Positions 1 through 8,052 of a DNA stretch of 32,000 nucleotides are shown in pieces; positions within the stretch are counted from its first letter, which is position 1; each line of letters opens with the position of its first letter. Position numbers and translations under genes: made by a program. The notes beneath the pieces are model-generated. The model saw only the letters and a program-made list of their open reading frames with translations, was not told the DNA's origin and did no database searches. The DNA is from an uncultured archaeon. GTDB lineage: Archaea; Iainarchaeota; Iainarchaeia; Iainarchaeales; Iainarchaeaceae. The stretch is from the NCBI GenBank assembly GCA_964577555.1, contig CAZNZM010000004.1, positions 55,300-87,299 on the forward strand, in the 5' to 3' direction.

Positions 1-1
1 C

Positions 2-181
2 TCAGCATACATGTGGAACAGCAAAGACAAAACATGCTGGATATCAAGCGGAACATACCCAAACTGCACAGCAACAAAAGTATCAGAAGTAACAGCAGCA
101 AATAAATGTTGCGAAGATAACATTCTTAGCTTGTGCTCAGAAACAGAAACAAGAAGTGAATATAGACACACCAAAATATAA
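2..181 (+). CDS. C-terminal part of a pilin-like/Cys-containing secreted protein (truncated by window edge)
   Basis: Open frame from base 2 to a TAA at 179-181: SAYMWNSKDKTCWISSGTYPNCTATKVSEVTAANKCCEDN... It shares the CW...GTYPNCT motif with the next gene. Not in the supplied ORF track. Confidence 0.65.
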   Translation, partial: SAYMWNSKDKTCWISSGTYPNCTATKVSEVTAANKCCEDNILSLCSETETRSEYRHTKI

Positions 182-225
182 ATAATTAAAACCCCAAAAA
201 AACAAAAAAAAGGCGAACAAAAAAA

Positions 226-567
226 ATGAACACAAAAGCACAAGGAGCACTAGAATACCTACTACTAATCGGAGGAGCAGTAGTAGTAGCAGCAATAGCA
301 GTAATAATACTGCTAAATATAAGTGAAACAAGCTCAAAAAGCACTGAAATCACCCAAAAAGCAAGCATTTGCACAAGGTTTTCAGCATTAGACGGCTTAA
401 ACAACTGCCAAGTAAAAAACCAAGCAGGATTAAACACTAATTATATTTGGGAAGTACAAACAAAAAAATGCTGGAAATGCGTAGGAACATATCCGAACTG
501 CACAGTAGATTCCATAACAGCCACAGAGTTTCCTGATTGCGGCGCAGGAAACGCAAAAAAAATATAA
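226..567 (+). CDS. Class III signal peptide (archaeal type IV pilin-like) protein
   Basis: N-terminus MNTKAQGALEYLLLIGGAVVVAAIAVIILL: K-A-Q-x-x-x-E cleavage motif followed by a hydrophobic helix. Cys-rich C-terminus. Confidence 0.85.
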   Translation: MNTKAQGALEYLLLIGGAVVVAAIAVIILLNISETSSKSTEITQKASICTRFSALDGLNNCQVKNQAGLNTNYIWEVQTKKCWKCVGTYPNCTVDSITATEFPDCGAGNAKKI

Positions 568-598
568 ATTAAGAAAAACAATTATACTAACGATTATT

Positions 599-769
599 AT
601 GGACACAAAAGCGCAAGTTTCATTGGAATATTTGCTAACAATAATGTTCGCCCTAATTTTGGTAATAGCTGTTACGATAATAGCAATGAACATTTCAGAC
701 GTGGCAGACAAAGCACAACTCAAAGTAATTGAAAACAAACAAAACACAATAGCAACTTTAATGGGATAA
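599..769 (+). CDS. Small class III signal peptide (pilin-like) protein, TTG start, 56 aa
   Basis: My translation: (M)DTKAQVSLEYLLTIMFALILVIAVTIIAMNISDVADKAQLKVIENKQNTIATLMG*. Canonical KAQVSLEYLL motif. Below the size cut-off of the supplied ORF track. Confidence 0.75.
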   Translation: MDTKAQVSLEYLLTIMFALILVIAVTIIAMNISDVADKAQLKVIENKQNTIATLMG

Positions 770-1230
770 AACCTGCAAAAAAACTAAAATTACAAAATGA
801 AAAATTTCCAAAAAATGACAAAAAATTGGCTTTGGCAAAACAAAAGACAAAAAAATAACTGAATTAAAAAAAAAACAAATTCAAAATAAAAAAACGCCTG
901 ACAAAAAAATAATCCAGCAAAGCAAATAAAAAACGCCTAAAAAATTTTGTTTTGAAAAACAAGGCAAAAAAACTTGGCTAAGCAAAAAAAATGAAAATTG
1001 TCCCGCCAAAAAAAACAAAAAAGCTTGACATAACAAAATCAAAGACAAAAAAACTTCTAAAAATAGGTCAAAAAAAAGGCAAAATTAATTTTTTTTAGAA
1101 AGCAAATTAATAGTTGGCAACCAAAATAATAAAACAAAAATCATGACAAGACAATTGACAAAAATAAAAAATAATTTTTCAAAATTTGATTTTAGCAATT
1201 AATAAAATAACATTACAATTTTTTTATCTA

Positions 1231-2352
1231 ATGCTTGAAATAGTATTTTTTATAATAACATTACTTGGCCTTGCCATTGCATCTTACACTGACATAAAAC
1301 AAAGATTGGTTACAAACAACCTTGTTTATGCAATGGCTTTTTCCGGAATTTGCCTGAAACTCTTTGAAGCGATTTTAACCGAAAATTTCGAAACTTTCTT
1401 TTTTTCTGTTTTGGCTGGAGTTATTGGCTTTGGCTTGGCTTATGTATTGTGGAAGCTAGGAGTATGGGCAGGCGGAGATGTAAAACTCGTTACAGCAATA
1501 GCCGTTCTAAATCCGATGAATTACAGGGTAATTGGCAACACAATTGAAATAAACAACCAGTTATTTTCAACTTACAACATTCCCGTATTTTCAGCCACGC
1601 TGATAATTTATTCAGCCCTCCTGGCTATGCCGATAGGAATTTTAATGGTATTATCGGCTTCTCTTAAGGACAAAAAAGCACTTGAAAAAGTAAAAGAAAA
1701 AATAAGCAACAAATTTTGGAATTTAATACAAATAGCGATTATTATGTCTGTAGCAAAGCACTTGTTTCAAATTTATAAAATTTGGGAAGTTTGGACAATA
1801 ATTGTTTTATTGATTTTTTTATTCACGCCTAAAAATTTCAAAAATTACATTACAATCATTTCAACAATACTTGCACTTTTGCTCTTTGGCGAAAAATTTC
1901 TAATAGATGCGATTATTTACTCAATTCCAATAATGCTTCTTTACACCATGATTTCATTGTATAACGAAAGCAAAAACAAGGCTTTCAAGGAAGAAATACA
2001 TGTTTCAAAAATTTATGAAGGAGCAATACCTGACAATTATATTGTCATAAAAGACAAAAAACTGGAAGTTGTTGAAAAACTGAACATAAAAAGAGTTATT
2101 AATCACTTAATGAATAATAGAATTGCTGAGGCTATTGAAGAAATAAACCCAAAGGAAAAAGTTTTTGCAAGCCCGCTGCAAGCAGGCGGCCTTAGCGAAG
2201 AACAAGTCAAGGAGCTAAAACAAAAGGCTGAAAAAGGAATGGCGCCAAAAACAATTGTTGTAAAAAAAACAATGGCTTTCGTACCAACTATAATGATTGC
2301 ATACATAATTCTTCAAATCACAGGAGATATGCTATGGACAATAATATTTTAA
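1231..2352 (+). CDS. A24-family prepilin peptidase (preflagellin peptidase-like)
   Basis: Multi-TM protein with YTDIKQRLVTN near the N-terminus and a GGDVKL motif (catalytic Asp signatures of A24 peptidases). ATG at 1231 preferred over the ORF-track TTG at 1186. Neighbours carry class III signal peptides. Confidence 0.85.
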   Translation: MLEIVFFIITLLGLAIASYTDIKQRLVTNNLVYAMAFSGICLKLFEAILTENFETFFFSVLAGVIGFGLAYVLWKLGVWAGGDVKLVTAIAVLNPMNYRVIGNTIEINNQLFSTYNIPVFSATLIIYSALLAMPIGILMVLSASLKDKKALEKVKEKISNKFWNLIQIAIIMSVAKHLFQIYKIWEVWTIIVLLIFLFTPKNFKNYITIISTILALLLFGEKFLIDAIIYSIPIMLLYTMISLYNESKNKAFKEEIHVSKIYEGAIPDNYIVIKDKKLEVVEKLNIKRVINHLMNNRIAEAIEEINPKEKVFASPLQAGGLSEEQVKELKQKAEKGMAPKTIVVKKTMAFVPTIMIAYIILQITGDMLWTIIF

Positions 2353-2873
2353 AGAAAACAAAAGGCCAAGCCACAATGGAATTTCTTTTAACCCTCGTAA
2401 TAGGATTAATTTACATAGTAATTATTGTCCAACCAAACGCCGAAATTGCAAGCAAATCAATGGAAGACACTGCAAACATGGCAAAACTCAGGATTTCGGC
2501 TGACAAAATAATCCAAACACTAAAACACGTTTCAATTTCAGGAGAAGGGACAAAAGAAACAATCCAAATAGTCATTCCAAAAGATGCAAACATTACTTGT
2601 GGAACGTTTTATCCTGGACAAACCACTTCAAACCCGCAAGAACCCAATTCAATAAGATTTACTTACAAAACCAAATCAACTGATGCAACAGGGCCGTGTG
2701 AAATAGACTTTGATTATCCAAACGAAGGCAAATTATGCACAAAATTAATACAAGCAGGATTCACGTTTAAATGCGAAACACCAATAATAAGCATTCCGGG
2801 AATATACAAAGCAACAATACAAAAAACAAACGAAACGCCACCAGTCAAACTAAATTTCGAGCTGATAGAATGA
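2334..2873 (+). CDS. Class III signal peptide (pilin-like) protein
   Basis: KKTKGQATMEFLLTLVIGLIYIVIIV motif. Overlaps the 3' end of the peptidase gene. Confidence 0.8.
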   Translation: MDNNILKKTKGQATMEFLLTLVIGLIYIVIIVQPNAEIASKSMEDTANMAKLRISADKIIQTLKHVSISGEGTKETIQIVIPKDANITCGTFYPGQTTSNPQEPNSIRFTYKTKSTDATGPCEIDFDYPNEGKLCTKLIQAGFTFKCETPIISIPGIYKATIQKTNETPPVKLNFELIE

Positions 2874-3286
2874 ACAAAATAAAAGGACAAGCATCAGTGG
2901 AAATCGTGATAGGCTTCTCAATAGTCACAATGATTACAATACTGATTCTTTTCAAATGGCTTTCCGGAACAGAAGAAATAAACCAGACTGTCGGAGCAAG
3001 ATTAGCCACAATAAAATTAAACGACCTAAACTTTGATTCAAACAAATTCATGTTAAAAGGCTTTGAAAAAGAAATAATAAAATGCACAACACCAAGCGGT
3101 ACAGAAAAAATAAAAATAATGGCAACAATTTATCCAAACCCGAACGGAACAAATTTTGAAAATGAAATAGCAAACGAAATAAAAAACAAAATAAACCTAA
3201 TCACGGGAAAACCCCAAAACGAAATAGACATATACCTTAACGATCCAATAAAAGCACACCAAGACAAAGAAGCAGGATGCATATAA
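2870..3286 (+). CDS. Class III signal peptide (pilin-like) protein
   Basis: MNKIKGQASVEIVIGFSIVTMITILILF. The ATG at 2870 overlaps the upstream stop (ATGA), implying translational coupling. Confidence 0.8.
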   Translation: MNKIKGQASVEIVIGFSIVTMITILILFKWLSGTEEINQTVGARLATIKLNDLNFDSNKFMLKGFEKEIIKCTTPSGTEKIKIMATIYPNPNGTNFENEIANEIKNKINLITGKPQNEIDIYLNDPIKAHQDKEAGCI

Positions 3287-3290
3287 TTTG

Positions 3291-3316
3291 TTCGTCAATC
3301 AACGAATTTTAATGTT
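3291..3316 (+). terminator. Putative hairpin/T-rich terminator after the first pilin/peptidase operon
   Basis: TTCGT-CAATCA-ACGAA inverted repeat (3291-3295 / 3302-3306) followed by TTTTAATGTTTTT. Confidence 0.35.
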
Positions 3317-3336
3317 TTTCTGTATAAAATAAAAAC

Positions 3337-3693
3337 ATGCAAATAACACCAAACAAACTAACAACAACAGGGCTAATAATTGGAACAATCGGATTAATCG
3401 CACTAATACTTCTTATCCCTGAACCAACCCATCTAAAACCATACGAAATCACAAAAGAAAAAGAAAACCAAATAACCACAACAACAGGCACAATAACCAA
3501 CCTCACAATAAAAAACGGAAACGCGTTTTTCACAATAACAAGCCAAGGAAGCACAAAAGCATTCTTTTACAAACCAAACAAAGAACAAATACAACTGCTC
3601 AAAGAAGGAAAAAAAATCCAAGCAACCGGCAAAATAGCAATTTACAAAGGACAACCAGAAATAATAATCCAAAGAGTGATAGAAATTGATTGA
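3337..3693 (+). CDS. Membrane-anchored OB-fold-like protein
   Basis: N-terminal TM segment (LIIGTIGLIALILLI), then GTITNLTIKNGNAFFTI...KEGKKIQATGKIAIYKGQPEIIIQ, resembling nucleic-acid-binding OB-fold modules. Confidence 0.6.
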   Translation: MQITPNKLTTTGLIIGTIGLIALILLIPEPTHLKPYEITKEKENQITTTTGTITNLTIKNGNAFFTITSQGSTKAFFYKPNKEQIQLLKEGKKIQATGKIAIYKGQPEIIIQRVIEID

Positions 3694-4849
3694 AGAAATT
3701 CTAATGCTAATAACAGGAATCATTGCAGGAACAATAACAGGCTTAATACCGGGATTGCACTCAAACACAATTGCACTTATAACAGCAACACTCCCATACG
3801 GAAATCCAATAAGCAAAATAATTTTCATCACAGCAATGGGAATAACACACTCAATAATAGAAACAATACCAACAATAATGCTCGGCGCCTCAAACGAAAA
3901 CACCATTCAATTGCTGCCAGGACACAAAATGCTGATGAAAGGACAAGGAAACGAAGCAATAATAACCAGCATAGCCGGAGCTCTTTTCACAATAATTTTC
4001 ACAGCACTTTTAACGCCAATAGTATTCACATTTGCAAAAGAATTCAATTGGATTCTGCCAATAACCATACCAGCAATAATATTTGCAATAGCAACTTTCA
4101 TGATAATAAAAGAAAAAAACAAAATAACAGCAACAATAATTTTCATAACAACCGCATTATATGGCTTTTTTCTTCTTGAATCCGGAATAAATGAAATAAT
4201 CTTCGCGTTAATAATAGGTTTTTACGCAATGCCTGGATTAATAGAAACAATAATAACAAAAACCGAAATACCAAAACAAAGAAAAAAAACAAAATTAAAA
4301 CTCAACCCATACTTTTCATTTTTAACAGCAATAATATCATCAATAACATCAATGCTCCCCGCACTTGGACCAACACACGCCGCCTTTATAGCAAACAGCC
4401 TCAAAGGAAAACTAACAACAAAAGAATACTTGATGTTAAGCGGCGGAATAAGCACAGGAAACCTCTTTTACAGCATATTAATGCTATATGCACTTGGAAA
4501 AACAAGGTCAGGAGTTTCAATTGCAATAGAAAAAATAATGCAACCAAACTTGGAACAAATAATACTTATTCTAGTTGCAGCATTATCAGCAGCAGGATTC
4601 GCCTGCGCAATAGCAACAAAACTCGGATTAAAAATATTCGAATTAATAAAAAAAATAAATTACAAAAAAATAACAATAACAGTACTCTTTTTATGCGCAA
4701 CAATAGTCGCAATATTTTCAGGAATTTTAGGATTAATAGCTTGCATTTCTGCAACAGCAATAGGCTTGGCAACCATCAAAGCCAAAATTTCAAGGGCACA
4801 CTGCATGGGTTTCCTGTTAGCACCATCAACCGCCTTCTACCTAAAATAA
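3686..4849 (+). CDS. TctA-like (DUF112) tripartite tricarboxylate permease family protein
   Basis: Multi-TM protein with GIIAGTITGLIPGLHSNTIA and MGITHSI...LGASNENTIQLLPGHKMLMKGQG, typical of archaeal DUF112/TctA. TTG start overlaps the upstream gene by 8 bp. Confidence 0.75.
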   Translation: MIEEILMLITGIIAGTITGLIPGLHSNTIALITATLPYGNPISKIIFITAMGITHSIIETIPTIMLGASNENTIQLLPGHKMLMKGQGNEAIITSIAGALFTIIFTALLTPIVFTFAKEFNWILPITIPAIIFAIATFMIIKEKNKITATIIFITTALYGFFLLESGINEIIFALIIGFYAMPGLIETIITKTEIPKQRKKTKLKLNPYFSFLTAIISSITSMLPALGPTHAAFIANSLKGKLTTKEYLMLSGGISTGNLFYSILMLYALGKTRSGVSIAIEKIMQPNLEQIILILVAALSAAGFACAIATKLGLKIFELIKKINYKKITITVLFLCATIVAIFSGILGLIACISATAIGLATIKAKISRAHCMGFLLAPSTAFYLK

Positions 4850-4870
4850 TCCAAACAGCAAAATAAACCG

Positions 4871-4880
4871 TTTTTTAAAC
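4871..4880 (+). promoter_or_regulatory. Candidate TATA box for the JAMM gene
   Basis: TTTTTTAAAC about 25-34 nt upstream of the ATG at 4905, consistent with an archaeal leaderless or short-leader promoter. Confidence 0.35.
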
Positions 4881-4904
4881 ATTAAAACACCAAAATAATA
4901 AACA

Positions 4905-5267
4905 ATGTACTATATCAAACGCACAACAGCAGAATCAATCATAATGGCTGCAAAAAACGTCTATCCAAAAGAATTTTTCTCAATGCTTGGCGGAAAAAAC
5001 AAAACAATAGACGAATTAGTAATAGTGCCAGCAATATTCGGAAACGACTCAGTAATATACGAACCTGAATATGTTCCAATAATGGACAGAATAATAGGCA
5101 CTGTTCACTCACACCCGACAAAAAACAACGAACCTTCAAACGAAGACATACAATCTTTTAGAAAAACCGGAAAAATACACATAATCATTTCATACCCTTA
5201 CAATTTAAATACGATGAAAGCCTTCGATAATAACGGAAAACAAGTAAAATTAGAAGTGATAGAATGA
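4905..5267 (+). CDS. JAB1/MPN (JAMM) domain metallopeptidase-like protein
   Basis: GTVHSHPTKNNEPSNEDIQSFRKTGKIHIIISYPY: HxHP...S...D JAMM-type motif. Confidence 0.75.
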   Translation: MYYIKRTTAESIIMAAKNVYPKEFFSMLGGKNKTIDELVIVPAIFGNDSVIYEPEYVPIMDRIIGTVHSHPTKNNEPSNEDIQSFRKTGKIHIIISYPYNLNTMKAFDNNGKQVKLEVIE

Positions 5268-5959
5268 AAGAACCAAAAAAACTAGTGTTGCTAAGACATG
5301 GAAAAACTGAATTCAACATTGAAAAAAAATTTTGCGGATGGACAGACATAGAACTTGGAAAAACAGGAGAAAAAGAAGCCAAAGAAGCCGGAAAATTGCT
5401 TGCAGAAAACAACTACACATTTGATGTGTTTTACACATCTTTTCTCAAAAGAGCAATACAAACAACATGGATAATACAACAACAAACCGACTTGATGTGG
5501 ACACCACTAATAACCACTTGGAGGCTAAACGAAAGACATTACGGAGCATTACAAGGAATAAAACACGAAGAAATGGAAAAAAAATACGGAAAAGAACAAG
5601 TATTCCTATGGAGAAGAAGCTACAAAACAAAGCCACCACAACTGGAAAAAACAGACCCAAGAAACCCTGCAAACGAAACCAAATACAAAAACCTCAAACC
5701 AACACAAATACCCTTAGGAGAAAGCCTTGAAGACACAGTCAAAAGAGTCATACCTTACTGGAAAAAAGAAATAGCCCCAAACATAAAAAAAGGCAAAAAA
5801 ATACTTATATCTGCACATGGAAACAGCATAAGAGCCCTTGTGAAATACATTGAAAACATACCTGACGACGAAATACCAAAAGTAGAAATACCAACAGCAA
5901 AACCAATAATATACGAATTAGACAACAACCTCAAACTAATAAAAAAATACGACTTATAA
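5264..5959 (+). CDS. gpmA: 2,3-bisphosphoglycerate-dependent phosphoglycerate mutase
   Basis: LVLLRHGKTEFNIEKKFCGWTDIELGKTG...RLNERHYGALQG...SLEDTVKRVIPYW...ILISAHGNSIRALVKY. Complete histidine phosphatase/dPGM signatures. Confidence 0.92.
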   Translation: MKEPKKLVLLRHGKTEFNIEKKFCGWTDIELGKTGEKEAKEAGKLLAENNYTFDVFYTSFLKRAIQTTWIIQQQTDLMWTPLITTWRLNERHYGALQGIKHEEMEKKYGKEQVFLWRRSYKTKPPQLEKTDPRNPANETKYKNLKPTQIPLGESLEDTVKRVIPYWKKEIAPNIKKGKKILISAHGNSIRALVKYIENIPDDEIPKVEIPTAKPIIYELDNNLKLIKKYDL

Positions 5960-6263
5960 AAAAAACAAATAAACCAAAAAAAAAGAAAAAAAAGCCACAA
6001 TTCAAAAAAAATAGTTGACACGCAAAAAAAGAAACGAGTTGGAAAAATAAAGACAAAAAAAATAGTTGAATTAAAAAAAAAAGCTAACCAAAACAAACAA
6101 CCAAACAAAAAAACCTTAAAAAAAATTAACACACAAAAATTTAATTAAAAAAAAACGAATACAAAAGAAAAAAATAATAAGCAAAGCACATTTGCAAAAC
6201 CGGTTATTTTAACAAAGCAGAACCAAACGCTAATTTTATTATAACAAAACACATATAGGTTTT

Positions 6264-6701
6264 TTGACTAAAATGAAAAAAAACAAAGGACAAATGAGCA
6301 TTGACATGTTATTGGCAATAATAATAGCACTACTACTAATAAGCACCATTGACATTTACACAAAAATACTGCAACAAGACACAAAACAAATTACGGAAAA
6401 AAACACAGCAAGGTCAATACTTCTAAAAGTCTACAATGCAACAGCAAACGCAAAAGCGTATGGACAAACAATAGACCTAAACGTTTTACAAGGAAACATG
6501 ACGGAAAAAAAAACAAACTGCGAAATAAGATTAGACAAAACAGATCCAAACAAACATTACATAAAAATAAAATACGAAAAAGAAGACGCAAATTACAGCG
6601 GCATTGACCTTGAAAATATTGAAATAGAATTCCCAAAAGGAACGAACAAAACCAACACAAACATACCTTGCAACAAACAAATCACAATAAAAACAAGCTA
6701 A
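6264..6701 (+). CDS. Class III signal peptide-like (pilin-like) protein
   Basis: KKNKGQMSIDMLLAIIIALLLISTIDIYTK: KGQ-x-x-x-D plus hydrophobic helix. Confidence 0.7.
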   Translation: MTKMKKNKGQMSIDMLLAIIIALLLISTIDIYTKILQQDTKQITEKNTARSILLKVYNATANAKAYGQTIDLNVLQGNMTEKKTNCEIRLDKTDPNKHYIKIKYEKEDANYSGIDLENIEIEFPKGTNKTNTNIPCNKQITIKTS

Positions 6702-6716
6702 AAGGAACGGATAAAA

Positions 6717-7247
6717 ATGCAAAAAAAACAAAAAGCACAAATATTTTCATTAGACTTTATAATAGCCGCAGGACTTGTTGTACTCGCAATAGGCATGACA
6801 ATAAACTACTACGACATTGCATCAATTACAGGCAAAGAAGCAAGAATAAAAAACGAAATGACACTAATAGCAACAAACGCGGCAACAATACTTTTGGAAG
6901 CAAATCCTTGCAATCTGGAAAATGAATTCAAGGAACAAGGATACAAAATGGCCGGATGTTCAATAATAAATAACCAACCAGATAATGCAAACACAAAAGC
7001 AAAACTATTAATACCTGAAACATTCAATTGCTCAATAAAAAAAAACGGAACAACCAACCTTAACATAACAGGATGCAATTCAGACCCGCCGACAAGCGAA
7101 ATAGACATAGTTGCAATTGACAGAAATTTCACAACAATAAATAACTTTGAAATAAAAAAAAATGAATACGAAGAATGCATTGAAAATGGTTGCAGCGGAA
7201 TTTATTCAGACGAAGGAAACTGGATAACGGTGAGTATATGGAAATAA
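6717..7247 (+). CDS. Pilin-like/secreted protein with variant N-terminal motif
   Basis: MQKKQKAQIFSLDFIIAAGLVVLAIGMTINYYD..., with Cys-containing extracellular portion. In series with similar genes. Confidence 0.65.
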   Translation: MQKKQKAQIFSLDFIIAAGLVVLAIGMTINYYDIASITGKEARIKNEMTLIATNAATILLEANPCNLENEFKEQGYKMAGCSIINNQPDNANTKAKLLIPETFNCSIKKNGTTNLNITGCNSDPPTSEIDIVAIDRNFTTINNFEIKKNEYEECIENGCSGIYSDEGNWITVSIWK

Positions 7248-7519
7248 AAGGAATGATATTCTCCCCAGACGCCATGCTTGGAATAGCAATAATAATACTC
7301 TTATTTTCCTCAATAACACTAACCACTTGGACGGAACCAAAAAAAGCATCGCAAAAAAACCTAACATACCAAAAAGCCACTGACGAAGCAATATGGCGAT
7401 TCTACACCAAAAGTACTGACAACACCATTCCAAACAACGAAGACTTAATCTGCGCCACCATAATAGAATTCTCAGATGCAACTGATGACATAACAACAAA
7501 GGTGAAAGTATGCAAATAG
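7238..7519 (+). CDS. Pilin-like small protein with variant N-terminal motif
   Basis: MEIKGMIFSPDAMLGIAIIILLFSSITL. ATG at 7238 overlaps the upstream gene end. The ORF track extends upstream to 7190. Confidence 0.65.
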   Translation: MEIKGMIFSPDAMLGIAIIILLFSSITLTTWTEPKKASQKNLTYQKATDEAIWRFYTKSTDNTIPNNEDLICATIIEFSDATDDITTKVKVCK

Positions 7520-8052
7520 GAAAAAAAGGAACTTTTGCATTAGCAATCACATTAATAGGAATAATAGCAATAATATTTGCAATAAACATACAAATACAAA
7601 ACAACTATACAAACAACGTTTTTTTAGAAACACAAGCGGCAAGAGAATTATCAATAAAACTGGAACAAACAACAAGAGTACTGGACAAAGCATTAACAGA
7701 TGCCATAAATGAAAACTTTGTAGGAAACGACTGCACTTTGCCGCCAGGACAAATAAACAACAATGAAGGAATAAAAGGCAAACTAAACAAAGTATTAGAT
7801 AAAATTTATGAAAAAACAGAAATCAAATGCTCAAAAATAGAAAATTTAAACGATGAAGATATGGCAAATGATGTATTACAAATCACAATAAGCAATTTAA
7901 ATTGCACAATAAAATTTGAAGGAATAGAAGTTTCCCAAGCAACAACTAAAAAATTCAAAAAGAAATTTTATAAAAATCCCCAAAACAACCAATGCATAAT
8001 AGAAGACTCAGTATCAAACTGCCAAGAAATACCAAATTTCAATTGCCCTTAA
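7510..8052 (+). CDS. N-terminally anchored secreted protein of the pilin-like cluster
   Basis: MQIGKKGTFALAITLIGIIAIIFAINIQ hydrophobic N-terminus, overlap with the upstream gene, Cys-rich C-terminus. Confidence 0.6.
   Translation: MQIGKKGTFALAITLIGIIAIIFAINIQIQNNYTNNVFLETQAARELSIKLEQTTRVLDKALTDAINENFVGNDCTLPPGQINNNEGIKGKLNKVLDKIYEKTEIKCSKIENLNDEDMANDVLQITISNLNCTIKFEGIEVSQATTKKFKKKFYKNPQNNQCIIEDSVSNCQEIPNFNCP

Noticed and set aside
137-437. Leu-rich minus-strand ORFs 137..337 and 186..437
   Set aside because: Low-complexity products antisense to the pilin-like genes. They arise from GTAGTAGTAGC-type repeats in the hydrophobic helix coding region.
3433-4772. Minus-strand ORFs (157, 79, 77 and 68 aa) under the OB-fold and TctA-like genes
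   Set aside because: Antisense to better-supported + strand genes and low complexity.
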